The position numbers and the translations under genes were made by a program. The notes under the pieces are model-generated. The model was not told the origin of the DNA. It saw only the letters and a list, made by a program, of their open reading frames with translations, and made no database searches. From assembly GCA_950097015.1 (NCBI GenBank), contig CATNEN010000007.1:11284001-11348000 (forward strand): DNA of 64,000 nucleotides, read 5' to 3'. This document shows, in pieces, positions 46,610-57,389 of this stretch (position 1 is its first letter; each line of letters opens with the position of its first letter). The stretch is from Macrostomum hystrix. Taxonomy: Eukaryota > Animalia > Platyhelminthes.

Positions 46610-49600
46610 TCAGAGACTGGACATCAGGAGCCGCAGCAGGCAGCCCACAGCGGTCAGCGCGGCGACGCGGCCGAACGCCGGACCAACGGACTGGCCAGAA
46701 AGCTGAAAGCGAAGACCCGATATGTGTGGAAACTGTTTTATAGATATCAATGCGGTGGCCATTTATAGATAACAACAACAGACCGGGACGGGAAGAGGTC
46801 AACAGACCGGGACGGGAAGAGGTCAACAGACCGGGACGGGAAGAGGTCAACAGACCGGGACGGGAAGAGGTCAACAGACTGGGATGGGAAGAGGCCAACA
46901 GAATGGGATGGGCAAAGGCCAACAGACTGGGATGGGAAGAGGCCAACAGAATGGGATGAACGAAGGCCAACAGACTAGGACGGGAAGAGGCCAACAGACT
47001 GGGATGGGCAAAGGCCAACAGACTGGGATGAACGAAGGCCAACAGACTGGGACGGGAAGAGGCCAACAGACTGGGATGGGCAAAGGCCAACAGACTGGGA
47101 TGGGAAGAGGCCAACAGAATGGGATGAACGAAGGCCAACAGACTGGGATGGGCAAAGGCCAACAGACTGGGATGGGAAGAGGCCAACAGAATGGGATGAA
47201 CGAAGGCCAACAGACTGGGACGGGAAGAGGCCAACAGACTGGGATGGGCAAAGGCCAACAGACTGGGATGGGAAGAGGCCAACAGAATGGGATGAACGAA
47301 GGCCAACAGACTGGGACGGGAAGAGGCCAACAGACTGGGATGGGCAAAGGCCAACAGACCGGGACGGGAAGAGGCCAACAGACTGGGATGGGCAAAGGCC
47401 AACAGACTGGGATGGGCAAAGGCCAACAGACTGGGATGAACGAAGGCCAACAGACTAGGACGGGAAGAGGCCAACAGACTGGGATGGGCAAAGGCCAACA
47501 GACTGGGATGAACGAAGGCCAACAGACTGGGACGGGAAGAGGCCAACAGACTGGGATGGGCAAAGGCCAACAGACTGGGATGGGAAGAGGCCAACAGAAT
47601 GGGATGAACGAAGGCCAACAGACTGGGATGGGCAAAGGCCAACAGACTGGGATGGGAAGAGGCCAACAGAATGGGATGAACGAAGGCCAACAGACTGGGA
47701 CGGGAAGAGGCCAACAGACTGGGATGGGCAAAGGCCAACAGACTGGGATGGGAAGAGGCCAACAGAATGGGATGAACGAAGGCCAACAGACTGGGACGGG
47801 AAGAGGCCAACAGACTGGGATGGGCAAAGGCCAACAGACCGGGACGGGAAGAGGCCAACAGACTGGGATGGGCAAAGGCCAACAGACTGGGACGGGCAAT
47901 GCCTCACAGTGACATAGTAGTTGCAGAGGTCGCCACGGCAGCACTCCACGCAGCTCCAGTCGGTGAACCAGTCATAAGTGCAGGATCTCTGGGTGATGTC
48001 TCGCTGTTTGATGCAGGCGGAGTAGCTCACGCAGCCCTTGCTGATGTAGTGCTTGCGCTCAGCCAGAGGAGTCCAGTAGTTGGTAGGTGTGGTGTAGTGC
48101 ACATGCGAGATGCAGGCGTCCTCATCGGGAGTGCAGGGCACATTTGCCATCACGCACGCATCACCATTGCCTTCGACATTGCGGCACTCATAGCACTTGA
48201 TGGCCTCAGCTGGGAGCAGGACATGCAAATTTTTTGGAAATGTTGGTCAATTGTGAGAGCTGTACTCATTATAGGCTGTTTGTTAGACAATTTACGAATT
48301 AACAATTTCTCCTATGGCTTAACAACTATGGTGTATGATTTAAATAAAATTTAGATGTGAAGTACCAAGGTTCCTGTGCTCAAATCTATAGTGAGACTAC
48401 ATTTGATAATTTTGATGCAGTTGCTGAGAAAAGACAGTGCACAATATTCCTTGAAGGAATAATGAAATTCACTGTCAAATTAATCATTTTTATGTCATAT
48501 GTACAAAACATATGTTCTTATATGTGTGTGTGCCAGGTTGGGTTGAATAGGTTAAACCTGTTCTTGTTGGTTGCATTTGATCAAATAAAAGCAATGCAGA
48601 TTGCCCATCATTAATAATACTTTAAGAAATCTTCAGTACAACTTTTGCCCAAACATAAATTGTATGGCCATTTTTTCAAAACATAGCCTGGCTTTGGTTT
48701 GAATATATATAAACTGAATAGAACAATGTAAATATGCATATAACGTATAGAACTACATTTAATATGGCTAATATATTTAGACGAGAGTAAAAGCTCTCAA
48801 AGCCCCAAAGAAGGCTGAAGAAGAAGAAGAAGAAGAATTAGATTAGAAGAAGAATCTGATTAAAAAGAATTAATTTTCTTTCAAGACTTTTCTACTTCTG
48901 ATAAATAATACGCTCGTAAATGCTAAAAATTACTTAGAAAATATACTACACTTGCATGCATAAGACAATAGCTAAGATAGGTATGTCTTTAAATCAAGTA
49001 TGATCTAAAAATATATATTTGCAAATTTACAGAAGTATATTATTACCTTTTAAATAGCATTAGGATATGTTTTACTAATTTTTTGGGATTTGATATACTT
49101 TGCTACCTTCAGGTATACAAAAAATAATATGCTTAAATATGTTATTTAATAGAATAATTTTACTCTCAATTTGATTAAAAAATAACTACTGTAATAGGGC
49201 TTATGACACTACTTTTCTCTCTCTTGGTAGCGTATCTTTTGGCCTCTTCCATTCTTTTAGCTCCTTCTCTACTATTCACACTCTCCGTATATCTTTAACT
49301 CGGTGGCCCTGAAAAGGGCCGTTTTAACATCACAACTCTTATGTTGTGAACTTCTCCTAGGTAGCGCTTCTGCACTGGCACGAGCGGTTTATCCCTCTAA
49401 GGCACTGGTCTCTTATTCTCCTGTCTCTGCTGGTTGTTTCTCCAGGATCAGAGGGTCACAGCCTCAATCCTCGTCTATCTCCACACTCGAAAGTATCTCC
49501 TTAGTAAATAACACGATAAGTTCTCTTATTCAAAAGGTGTTACTCAGTTATTGCCTTTCCTGGCTCACTGGCGAGGTATCTTTCTGACAGCAAGATTACC

Positions 49601-51169
49601 TCGTATATATATTGTTCTTAAAATTTGTTTTAACACAGTATTTTTCTATAATAAAAAAAATTATAGTATATGGCGTATACAATATATATATAGCACAGAA
49701 AATAAAAATAGTTGAAATATACTATATAGTGCAAAATATTAAACTGCTACACTACTAAGTGATAAACATCATTGATTCAACTTTGTCAATCTGAAAGGTT
49801 CTTATATTTTAAATAATCTATACACTGAAGCATTCACAAGGGCCAAAAATTGGGAAGTATTAAAAACAGCCAGGGTAGTCTACTACAAATACAAGAATAC
49901 CCACGCCACAAGGATTGTAATCATGATCATCTAATTATTAAAAACTTAAAGTTTCTATATGACAATATGTCAATCCACTCCATTAATCATGAATATTAAT
50001 TCCTGTTTCTCTGAAAGTTTCAAAAGTGCCTTACAACAAAAAGGTACTATGTCTAAAGTTAAACAACTTTATATGAATATGGTCAATGACAATAGCAATA
50101 GCAAAAAAACTCGAATTTCAATTTCCAAGTTTCCAACTCTAAATTATTGTATTGCTTTTAAAAAACTCAGGATGCACACCCTATATAGAAAAACATATCT
50201 GACAATTTAAAAAAGAAAAAAAACTAATTTTTAAACCTTTAATTTGAAAAATATTAACTATTAGTAAATATTATTTTATTGCTATTTCAGCTAACCATGG
50301 CTGGCCAACTGCAAGCACCTCACAACATTGTAGATCCACAACTTCTGAGGCCTATCATGGAGCTCTGCAACCTGGACAAGAACCATAGGAGCTGGCGGCC
50401 CTCACTGAGTTGACAATACTGCTGCCACTAATCGCCAAGTATGTACTACCTGGGATGTAGGTCATCTTGGACCAATGGGCCGCGTATAATGCTCTATCTG
50501 GCAATGGTTGGGTTCACAAACTCGAAATTTCACAATGTTGAAAGCATCTTTGTGAAGATTCGAGCTTATGAAATTTCGAGCCTATGAAGTTTTGACCTAG
50601 TGAAGGTAGCTGCTATTTTAGTTTTCAAAGTTGTGAAGTTTCGACGTTGTGAAATTTGGAGCTTATGAAGTTTCGACCTTATGAAAAAAAATGCTTTTCG
50701 GTGTTGTGAAATTTCGAGCTTGTGATAGCACCCCCTGCCAACCATGTAACCGTCAACCACTCATTGCACTTTCGGGACACCAATGACCCTACCATCCACA
50801 CCAACAATGTCGAGGGCATTTGGGGCAATCGCAAGGCGAAGTTCTGCGCGATGCATGACGTCTGGACGTCTGATGCCCTGGCGCCAGGCATTCCTTTCAA
50901 AGCAGTTCGGCAACATAATGTACTGGATCGCTCAATATTACCCTGCTGCTTGAGACTCTATTGACTCCAGTAGACTTCCGTTTCATTTTTTGTCACTTAT
51001 GTTTTTCCGTATCGGGTGTGCTGATTTTTTTAGTTAGAAACAGCGATAAAATAATTTAGAGCGGGAAACTTGGAAATCGCCGCATTAACTATAGAAGTTA
51101 GGAAAACTCACCTTGAAAGAAGCCGCAGAAAATAAGCAGTAGTGCCGCGAAACCCTTTAAGACGTGCAT
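46610..51169 (-). CDS. GPI-anchored Ly6/uPAR (three-finger) protein; 3 exons
   Basis: Exon 1 (51169-51112) encodes the signal peptide MHVLKGFAALLLIFCGFFQ. Exon 2 (48209-47908) encodes the LU domain, IKCYEC...ECCRGDLCN. Exon 3 (46702-46610) encodes LSGQSVGPAFGRVAALTAVGCLLRLLMSSL, a GPI-type signal. Phases 1 and 0 are consistent. Confidence 0.88.
46777..47897. repeat. Minisatellite, 24-bp unit GGCCAACAGACTGGGATGGGCAAA, with a 480-bp higher-order repeat (Ly6 intron 2)
   Basis: Direct reading. Confidence 0.97.
49302..49325 (-). other. Histone mRNA 3'-end-type stem-loop without a histone gene
   Basis: The minus strand reads AAAAC-GGCCCTTTTCAGGGCC-ACC, the canonical 6-bp stem / 4-nt loop with typical flanks, followed by purine-rich sequence. 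Confidence 0.7.
50297..50953 (+). pseudogene. Decayed Merlin (IS1595/ISXO2-like) DDE transposase
   Basis: TILLPLIAKYVLPGM*VILDQWAAYNAL and HVTVNHSLHFRDTNDPTIHTNNVEGIWG match the ISXO2 pattern I.SD.W.AY..L / H.TVNHS..F.D....HTN.IE..W. There is an in-frame stop at 50458-50460 and a frameshifted tail IMYWIAQYYP. Confidence 0.8.
50510..50733. mobile_element. MITE-like element nested in the Merlin transposase
   Basis: Imperfect inverted repeats at 50514-50547 (TCACAAACTCGAAATTTCACAA..) and 50691-50725. The interior is built from degenerate 16-bp units (GAAATTTCGAGCTTAT). No clear TSD. Confidence 0.6.
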
Positions 51170-51675
51170 TTGCTAAGTCGCTCGAAAAAATATACTTGTA
51201 AATTGCTATATGGGAGCGATATTTAATGGAACAAAGCACCAACAGAAGAAATAAGAATTCCGAAGTTAAGCCTTAGCATGCGGCGATGACTTCCGTGATA
51301 ATTTCCAACAAAAGCATACATTTGAATTTGTTCATGGTACCCTATTATAAAAATATAATATGCCAATATGAGAAATAATACATCCTAAAGACAAAAAATC
51401 TAGCTATAAAAATAAAAAATTATGACACTCAATTCAGACTAACTTTCTTCTTTTACCTCGAAATTAAAGGGGTTTAAAATGGAAAATTAAAAAATAAAAG
51501 GTTAAATTGGGAGCTACGTACGTCTAACCTATCATATACGTAAATTATATAGCTGTTTCAGACGATTGCCGACGAGCTGAAGTTTACTTTTACTCTGTAA
51601 ACCTTATTTTTATTGTGACTTAATACTATATGCACAAATTTTAGAGAATATTTTCTAGTGCAAATTTCTTCAAAC
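51170..51675. promoter_or_regulatory. Putative bidirectional promoter between the Ly6 and DEDD genes
   Basis: Divergent ATGs lie ~500 bp apart. ETS-like ACTTCCG occurs at ~51289 and also ~50973, with local CpG enrichment in otherwise AT-rich DNA. Confidence 0.45.
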
Positions 51676-54600
51676 ATGGAAATGTTGCGCACTCAATCAG
51701 AGAGTGTCAACTCTGGGCCAGAAATCATGTCAATCGGTGAACTGCATCGCTGTATTCTTGCAAAACTAACAGTGAAGGAAGTCCGTCGAGCAATAAATAA
51801 ATATAGAGATCTTATGCCAAAGGAGTCCGACTGGAACAGAAAGCTTAGCCAGTCAAGCAAAAAACCAGAGCTGGGGTTTCGCTACCTTTTTCGCTGTGGA
51901 CAGATTGACGATGATAACAACAGAACATTACAAAAGATGTTGAAGTACATGGATCGATATGACATCCTGCCTTACTTTCATACCTTGCGTTACCAAGATG
52001 CCTGCCAAACAGCTAGTGATCACTGTGAGTTACATTAAAACATTATCATTGTTCTTTCTTATGCCATTTTGTGAAGGAAGTTCTTATTCCAATGGTCCCA
52101 TGCCGATAATTTCAATTTTATCCACATGGATCCGTGCTGATAATTTTCTGCTTTTCCACATGGCAGCTTATATGAATAGGTCTATTCTCAAGTCCCTACC
52201 TATTCTTCTCTGAGCATAAGGCTTCTGCTTCAGAGTATAGTGTATAGTGTACACTATCAATGCATAGTGTAAAAGAATAGCAATGATGTATAATATGTGT
52301 GACAAGTTTGGTGCTAACTAGAATTCTGCTGGTTGACTCGTATGATTTTCTTTGATAGACTTCTTACTTTGTTGTAAGTCAATACAATTCGTATGAAAAC
52401 ATGTAACAATGACAAAAGCTTTATTAAGTTGTTATTACAATAGTTAAAACAGATGACATTAATGTTGGTTAATGGATGTGTAGGTCGAAATGTAGAACAC
52501 TGTCGTAACACACTGGCAAATTTGTCAATCTATTGGCTCGAGGGTTCAACAAAATGTTCAAACCCAAAAGGGCCTTGTTTCAAAGAATAGATAAAATTGA
52601 AATTAACGGCATGGCATATTTATATAAAGAGTTTTAGACCTATTCAAACAAGCTGCTGTGTGGATAAGCAGAAAATTATTGGCACGGATCCGTGTGGATA
52701 AAATTGAAATTATCGGCACAGGACTGTGGGAATAAGCCCTGCCTTTTGTGTGTGAATGGTTGGGGCATGACTGGTAAAGTAGGATTTTTTATATAGTAGC
52801 TGCATTATGTTTCTTTATATAAGTTATTCATTAAATTATAAATTAAATTGGATGCCCCAAAGACCAGCTCAGGCAACATTTGTCATTAGGTAGCATAAAA
52901 ATATCAAACGTTTTTTCACTTATTAGTATAGCTCAATTTAAAATTACTTAATAAATGTATGCTAGTTGCTAGTCAAATACCAAAAATCCTAGCTGTAAGT
53001 CAGTTAAGAGTGCCATTATGCATTGAAATTATCAAACATACACCTATAATGCCTATACACCTAGGGCAGCAGTTTCATTGTTGTATATAACTAGCATTAA
53101 AACATTATATTGTAAGATAATCTAGATAGACTAGTCTCTGGATCATGCAAATTAAAATGCTGAAAAATTAAAGGTGCTAGAGTGCACACTAAAACTCAAA
53201 CTCAAAAAGGTGAAAAGAAATGGAAAAATATAATAAATATATAGTGGCAAATATATTTTTCTTACGTCAACAAATTTAATAACTTGTTTCTATTAGTCAA
53301 TAGTGCTATGCAATAGTGTTACACATGCACTAAGTGTGCATATCAAGAATTCAATGAGGCAAGTGCATGCCAAATTAGGCAGTCAAGACTAATGTAGGCC
53401 CAAATTTTCAGGCATATACTATATGATCTAGAGGCATTTTTTGGAATTGTTTGTTAAACAGTTTTTCTGAAAAGTTTCATTTCAAATTGATGCAAAAACA
53501 TTAGGAAACAATAACACAATTGGAAACAATGATATAATGAGTGTCAAATGTTGTGACCAAATTCTGTAAGATTGCGTGTCAAAATTCAGCAGGGGTAATT
53601 TATAATAAAGGAGTTTGGATCCACAATAAATGACTGTGCGTCCTGGCATGGTGTTAATAGACTTTAAGAGTGTGTAAGTTAATGGTACAAAATTAGTGTG
53701 TTAGCAGAACTCAGAAGATGTGCTAATACTTCCCTCCAACTAACCAGCTTATCCCATTTGGCCACAGACACTCCCAAGCATGTCAACCATTGTGTTTATA
53801 TCTCCCCCAGCACTGAACATTTGCCACAGACAAGTTCCCCAGAACCCCACAAGTAGCCCTAGTTTGTTAAGTGCAAAAAAGCAACCTTAACAATTGAAAT
53901 TCCAAGTCGTAAAATAAATTTGAAATGAAACTTTTCTGAAAAATGGTTTAACAAATGATTTGAAAATAATGTTGATCTGGACAATGGCCTAGTTCTAATC
54001 TTAACTAAATAAAATTTATAATATTTATTCAGTGAACCATAATTTTTATAAGGGTCCATATAAACACAGCAACAGACTACAAAAGGGTTGCATTTCAATT
54101 GCATTTTGGTACAGCTCTTAGGGTGGGGACTGCTTTTAGGTACTATGTGGTAAAAAAAATTTGCCACATTACACAATTTAAAATAGAAGTATTTTAGGGT
54201 TTTAACAAAGATTGTCAGATTTGATTTAATAACAATTTTTTGGCAAGTTTACAATTAAAACTAATTTTATTGTGTTTGTATAATGTAATCAATGGATAAC
54301 TGTTTTGTCTGCCAAGTTACTATCTATAACTTCTCACCTAATTCCCCACAACAATTTTACCATCATCCCAGCCGCCTGCGAGGATCCAGTCGACAGCTTC
54401 CTGAGCCGCGAGGTTGGCAATGGTGAGAATGTGCTCACGAGCGCAGTCTACCGCATGGAGCGGAAGCGCGCTTCCGGCCACCAGGCTGAGAGCGCCGGCT
54501 GCCTGACAAGGGCCAAGTGCCGTCGTCTCAGCAGCCAGCCGGAGCCACAGCCTCGCGTCTACAGTGTCGCCCCGCCCGGCGCCGGCATCCAGATGACGGC

Positions 54601-55738
54601 CGCCACGGCCTCGACGTCGGCCTCCGCCCAGTCGGCGGCTTCAACCAGCGCCTCATCGTCGACGTCGTCTACTGCGCAGTCGGCGGCTGGCTCGTCCGCA
54701 GCTTCGTCAACTGCTGCAGCGGCGCCGAGTTCGGCTAGCAGCGGCAGCGGTGGCTCCGGCGCCGGACACCAGGCCTTCTGCGACCTGCGCATGCGAGTTC
54801 GCGCCGAGTACCAGCAGATCCACCGGTTGCTTAGCAACCAGCTGCACTCGCATCGCAACGACCCGGCGCAGCGTCAGTTTGACCTGTTCTTTCAGGCCAG
54901 CAATAGCCTGAACAGTCACGACCTTGGTGACATCCTTTGCGACATCCGCTTCTCCGATCTGCACTATCTGGAGGCCTTCTGGCGTGATTACATCAGCGGC
55001 GAGCTGGCCCACGCCATCAAGAGTGTCTTTGTCCGCCACTACCTCATGGGTGAGATGGTCTTTTGGTAACATATTGAGGGGTTAAATGCCTTGGTGTAAG
55101 TTGGAGACTAAATAGTGCTAACGGTGTGAAAGTGAATGGCAGTTGTGTGTGATTATACTGCTGTGTGATAATACTACTGTGTGATAATACTACTGTGTGA
55201 TAATACTACTGTGTGATAATAATACTGTGTGATAATACTACTGTGTGATAATACTACTGTGTGATAATACTGCTAAAGTCTTCCATCGCCCCCATTCGCA
55301 AACTCCAATGCAGACCGGTTTAATCCGGCTGACGTCCAGGTGCATATCAGTCTGGACGCTGTGGACTATTACAATGGCAGGCAGGTGCTCCTCCGCTCCT
55401 ATGCTGAGCACTACAGTCGGCTGGCCAAGGTGCGCGAGTCCCTACAGACTCAACAGGAAATGCAGGAGCAGCGCCTAATCGAGGAACAACTGAAGCAGAA
55501 ACAAGCTGCGGACGCTGCCGTCGCCGCAGCAGCAGCCGCAGCAGCCGCCAGTGCTGCGGCTTCGGCTACCACTGTCCCGGCTGCCGCCGCTGGCGGCAAG
55601 GCGTCGAGGCCGCGAACTGCTTCAACCAACGTGGCCCACAGGGTCGCCCGACGTCTGGGAGGCAGCAGTGGTGGCGGCGGAGTAGGCGGAGGCAGCGGCG
55701 GCTCAAAGCGTCTGACAAGATCCTCCACCGGCTCCTGA
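51676..55738 (+). CDS. DEDD: Death effector domain-containing protein (DEDD/DEDD2 homolog); 3 coding exons
   Basis: Exon 51676..52024 encodes a DED-like domain ending LQKMLKYMDRYDIL (RxD-L-like motif). Exons 54372..55049 and 55314..55738 give CDLRMRVRAEY..RQFDLFFQA..DLGDILCDIRFSDLHYLEAFWRDYISG..VHISLDAVDYYNGRQVLLR, matching the DEDD C-terminal domain as I recall it (CDIRLRVRAEY..CDIKFSELTYLDAFWRDYING). Both introns are phase 1, GT-AG. Confidence 0.9.
52074..52745. mobile_element. Non-autonomous DNA transposon (MITE), ~111-bp TIRs, 5-bp TSD TTGTG
   Basis: 52074-52184 is an imperfect reverse complement of 52635-52745 (core GCCGATAATTTCAATTTTATCCAC..GGATCCGTGC). TTGTG occurs at 52069-52073 and 52746-52750. 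Confidence 0.85.
55147..55272. repeat. Minisatellite, 16-bp unit CTGTGTGATAATACTA (DEDD intron 2)
   Basis: Direct reading, ~7 copies. Confidence 0.93.
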
Positions 55739-57389
55739 CTCTCCCGCTGCTGGCTGCCCCGGGCACTTTGTGCTGGCACTCTGACTTGACTATTTGCTGA
55801 CTCCATCCTCACCCCACTCTCCCGCATCGCCCACTGTTCTGTTAGGTCGGTTTGACCGGACTTCTGCACCGCTCGTCATTCGTCACACGTCAGTATGAGT
55901 TGGAATATTGTTAATGAGATTTTCAGTCTCTGTCATCTTTGTCTTGGCGCATTCTGTTGTTATCAATTGCTTGTTCTTAACTGAGCCTCAGTTTGAGTTC
56001 CCGATCACTGATCGATACTTGTTTATTGCCTATCCAGCTGCTTGTTGGCTCTTCATTGCTCCTCGACCTCCTCCAGCCACCGACGCCTCAACTGGCGCAA
56101 TCGCCTAGACTTTCCTTCTGCTTTGGCCTCTTTTTCCTCTTTTATCTCGTCGGCATCGGAAGCCGGCGCTGGTCTGTTCAAATAGAAAAAGTCAGATTTC
56201 GATTTAGCCTGATAGATATTCGTTAATAAAGCTACCTTGCTGCCCGCTCAAATCGGCCTGGCACCAAGTTCTCTTTCTGCTTTCTCCCTGTCTCTTTCGT
56301 CGATGTTTCTTATTGTTTTAAAGTTTCAGTTTGCAGCCGTTTTTTGCTCTTGCTCTTTAGTTGCCTATATTGTTTACTGTTCGCTTTGTTGGTCCCTTCT
56401 AGAACCTTCACGCAATCTCTAGAAGCGTGAGTAGTTCGCGTGAGCACGCATGTCTTTATTTGCACGCATAACTCGCTGGCGGTTGAATTGGTAAGAGGCG
56501 GCGGAGATAGCGCGCGCCCTCCCTGTTACTCACTCTAATCTGTAATAGTCTGCTCAGTTTTTTCTGTCAAATTTATCTTCGAGGTTGCGATTGAAATCCG
56601 TCTAGCACTGTGTAATATTGGCCTCCCATCTCACAGACCACAGACCGGATTCTCCTCTGTCATTCTCTTGTGTCTCTCCGTCACAGTCGTTTCACAGCGA
56701 CTTTGTTTTTGTAAGCTAGGAGGCATGCTGTTTTCATACTGTTGTTTTTTAAAGAACTTTCAATTTATTCTGTTTTTCCTTTTCAAGCTGCCGTGCATAG
56801 CATAGCTCTCGACGATGCCTGACTCCTTGTTTATATGCTATTTATATTGCCGACTCTGCTACTATTTTCCACCGCCTGCCCGGCCTGACAACTGCGACAG
56901 GCCGTCGACTGTCTATATATTTGACCTTTGACCTTTATCTGACCCTACGCTTCCCCATCTCGAGTCTCCCACAATGAGCCACACACAGCCTTGTATGAGT
57001 TTCGTTAACTTTGTCTCACCGATCCATTGTGTGGGAGCCCGTCGAACTGACAAAGTAATCAATTAATAAATTTGCGATGCCTCTCTGAAAAATAACCTGT
57101 TTAAATGACAGCAATACGATTCAACAAAAATGTGGAGCCTTGGGTTTTCTTTTTTACTCTTTCTGTTTTCAGCCTAGCTTATCTTGTAGATTTGAAAATT
57201 ATCTGCAACTTTTCTTAATTTGTGGATTTAAATAACGTTATCACATAAGATAAGCTTCTCAAATTCCAGCCTGTCTACTGCTAACTCAGTAGTGCTTATC
57301 GCACAGCAGCGCATCGTCTATGCGACCGAACCTGCGCGCCTCCCTCCTAGGGATGCCTTGAGTCTAATCTAGTGCGCAGCGGCCCACAG

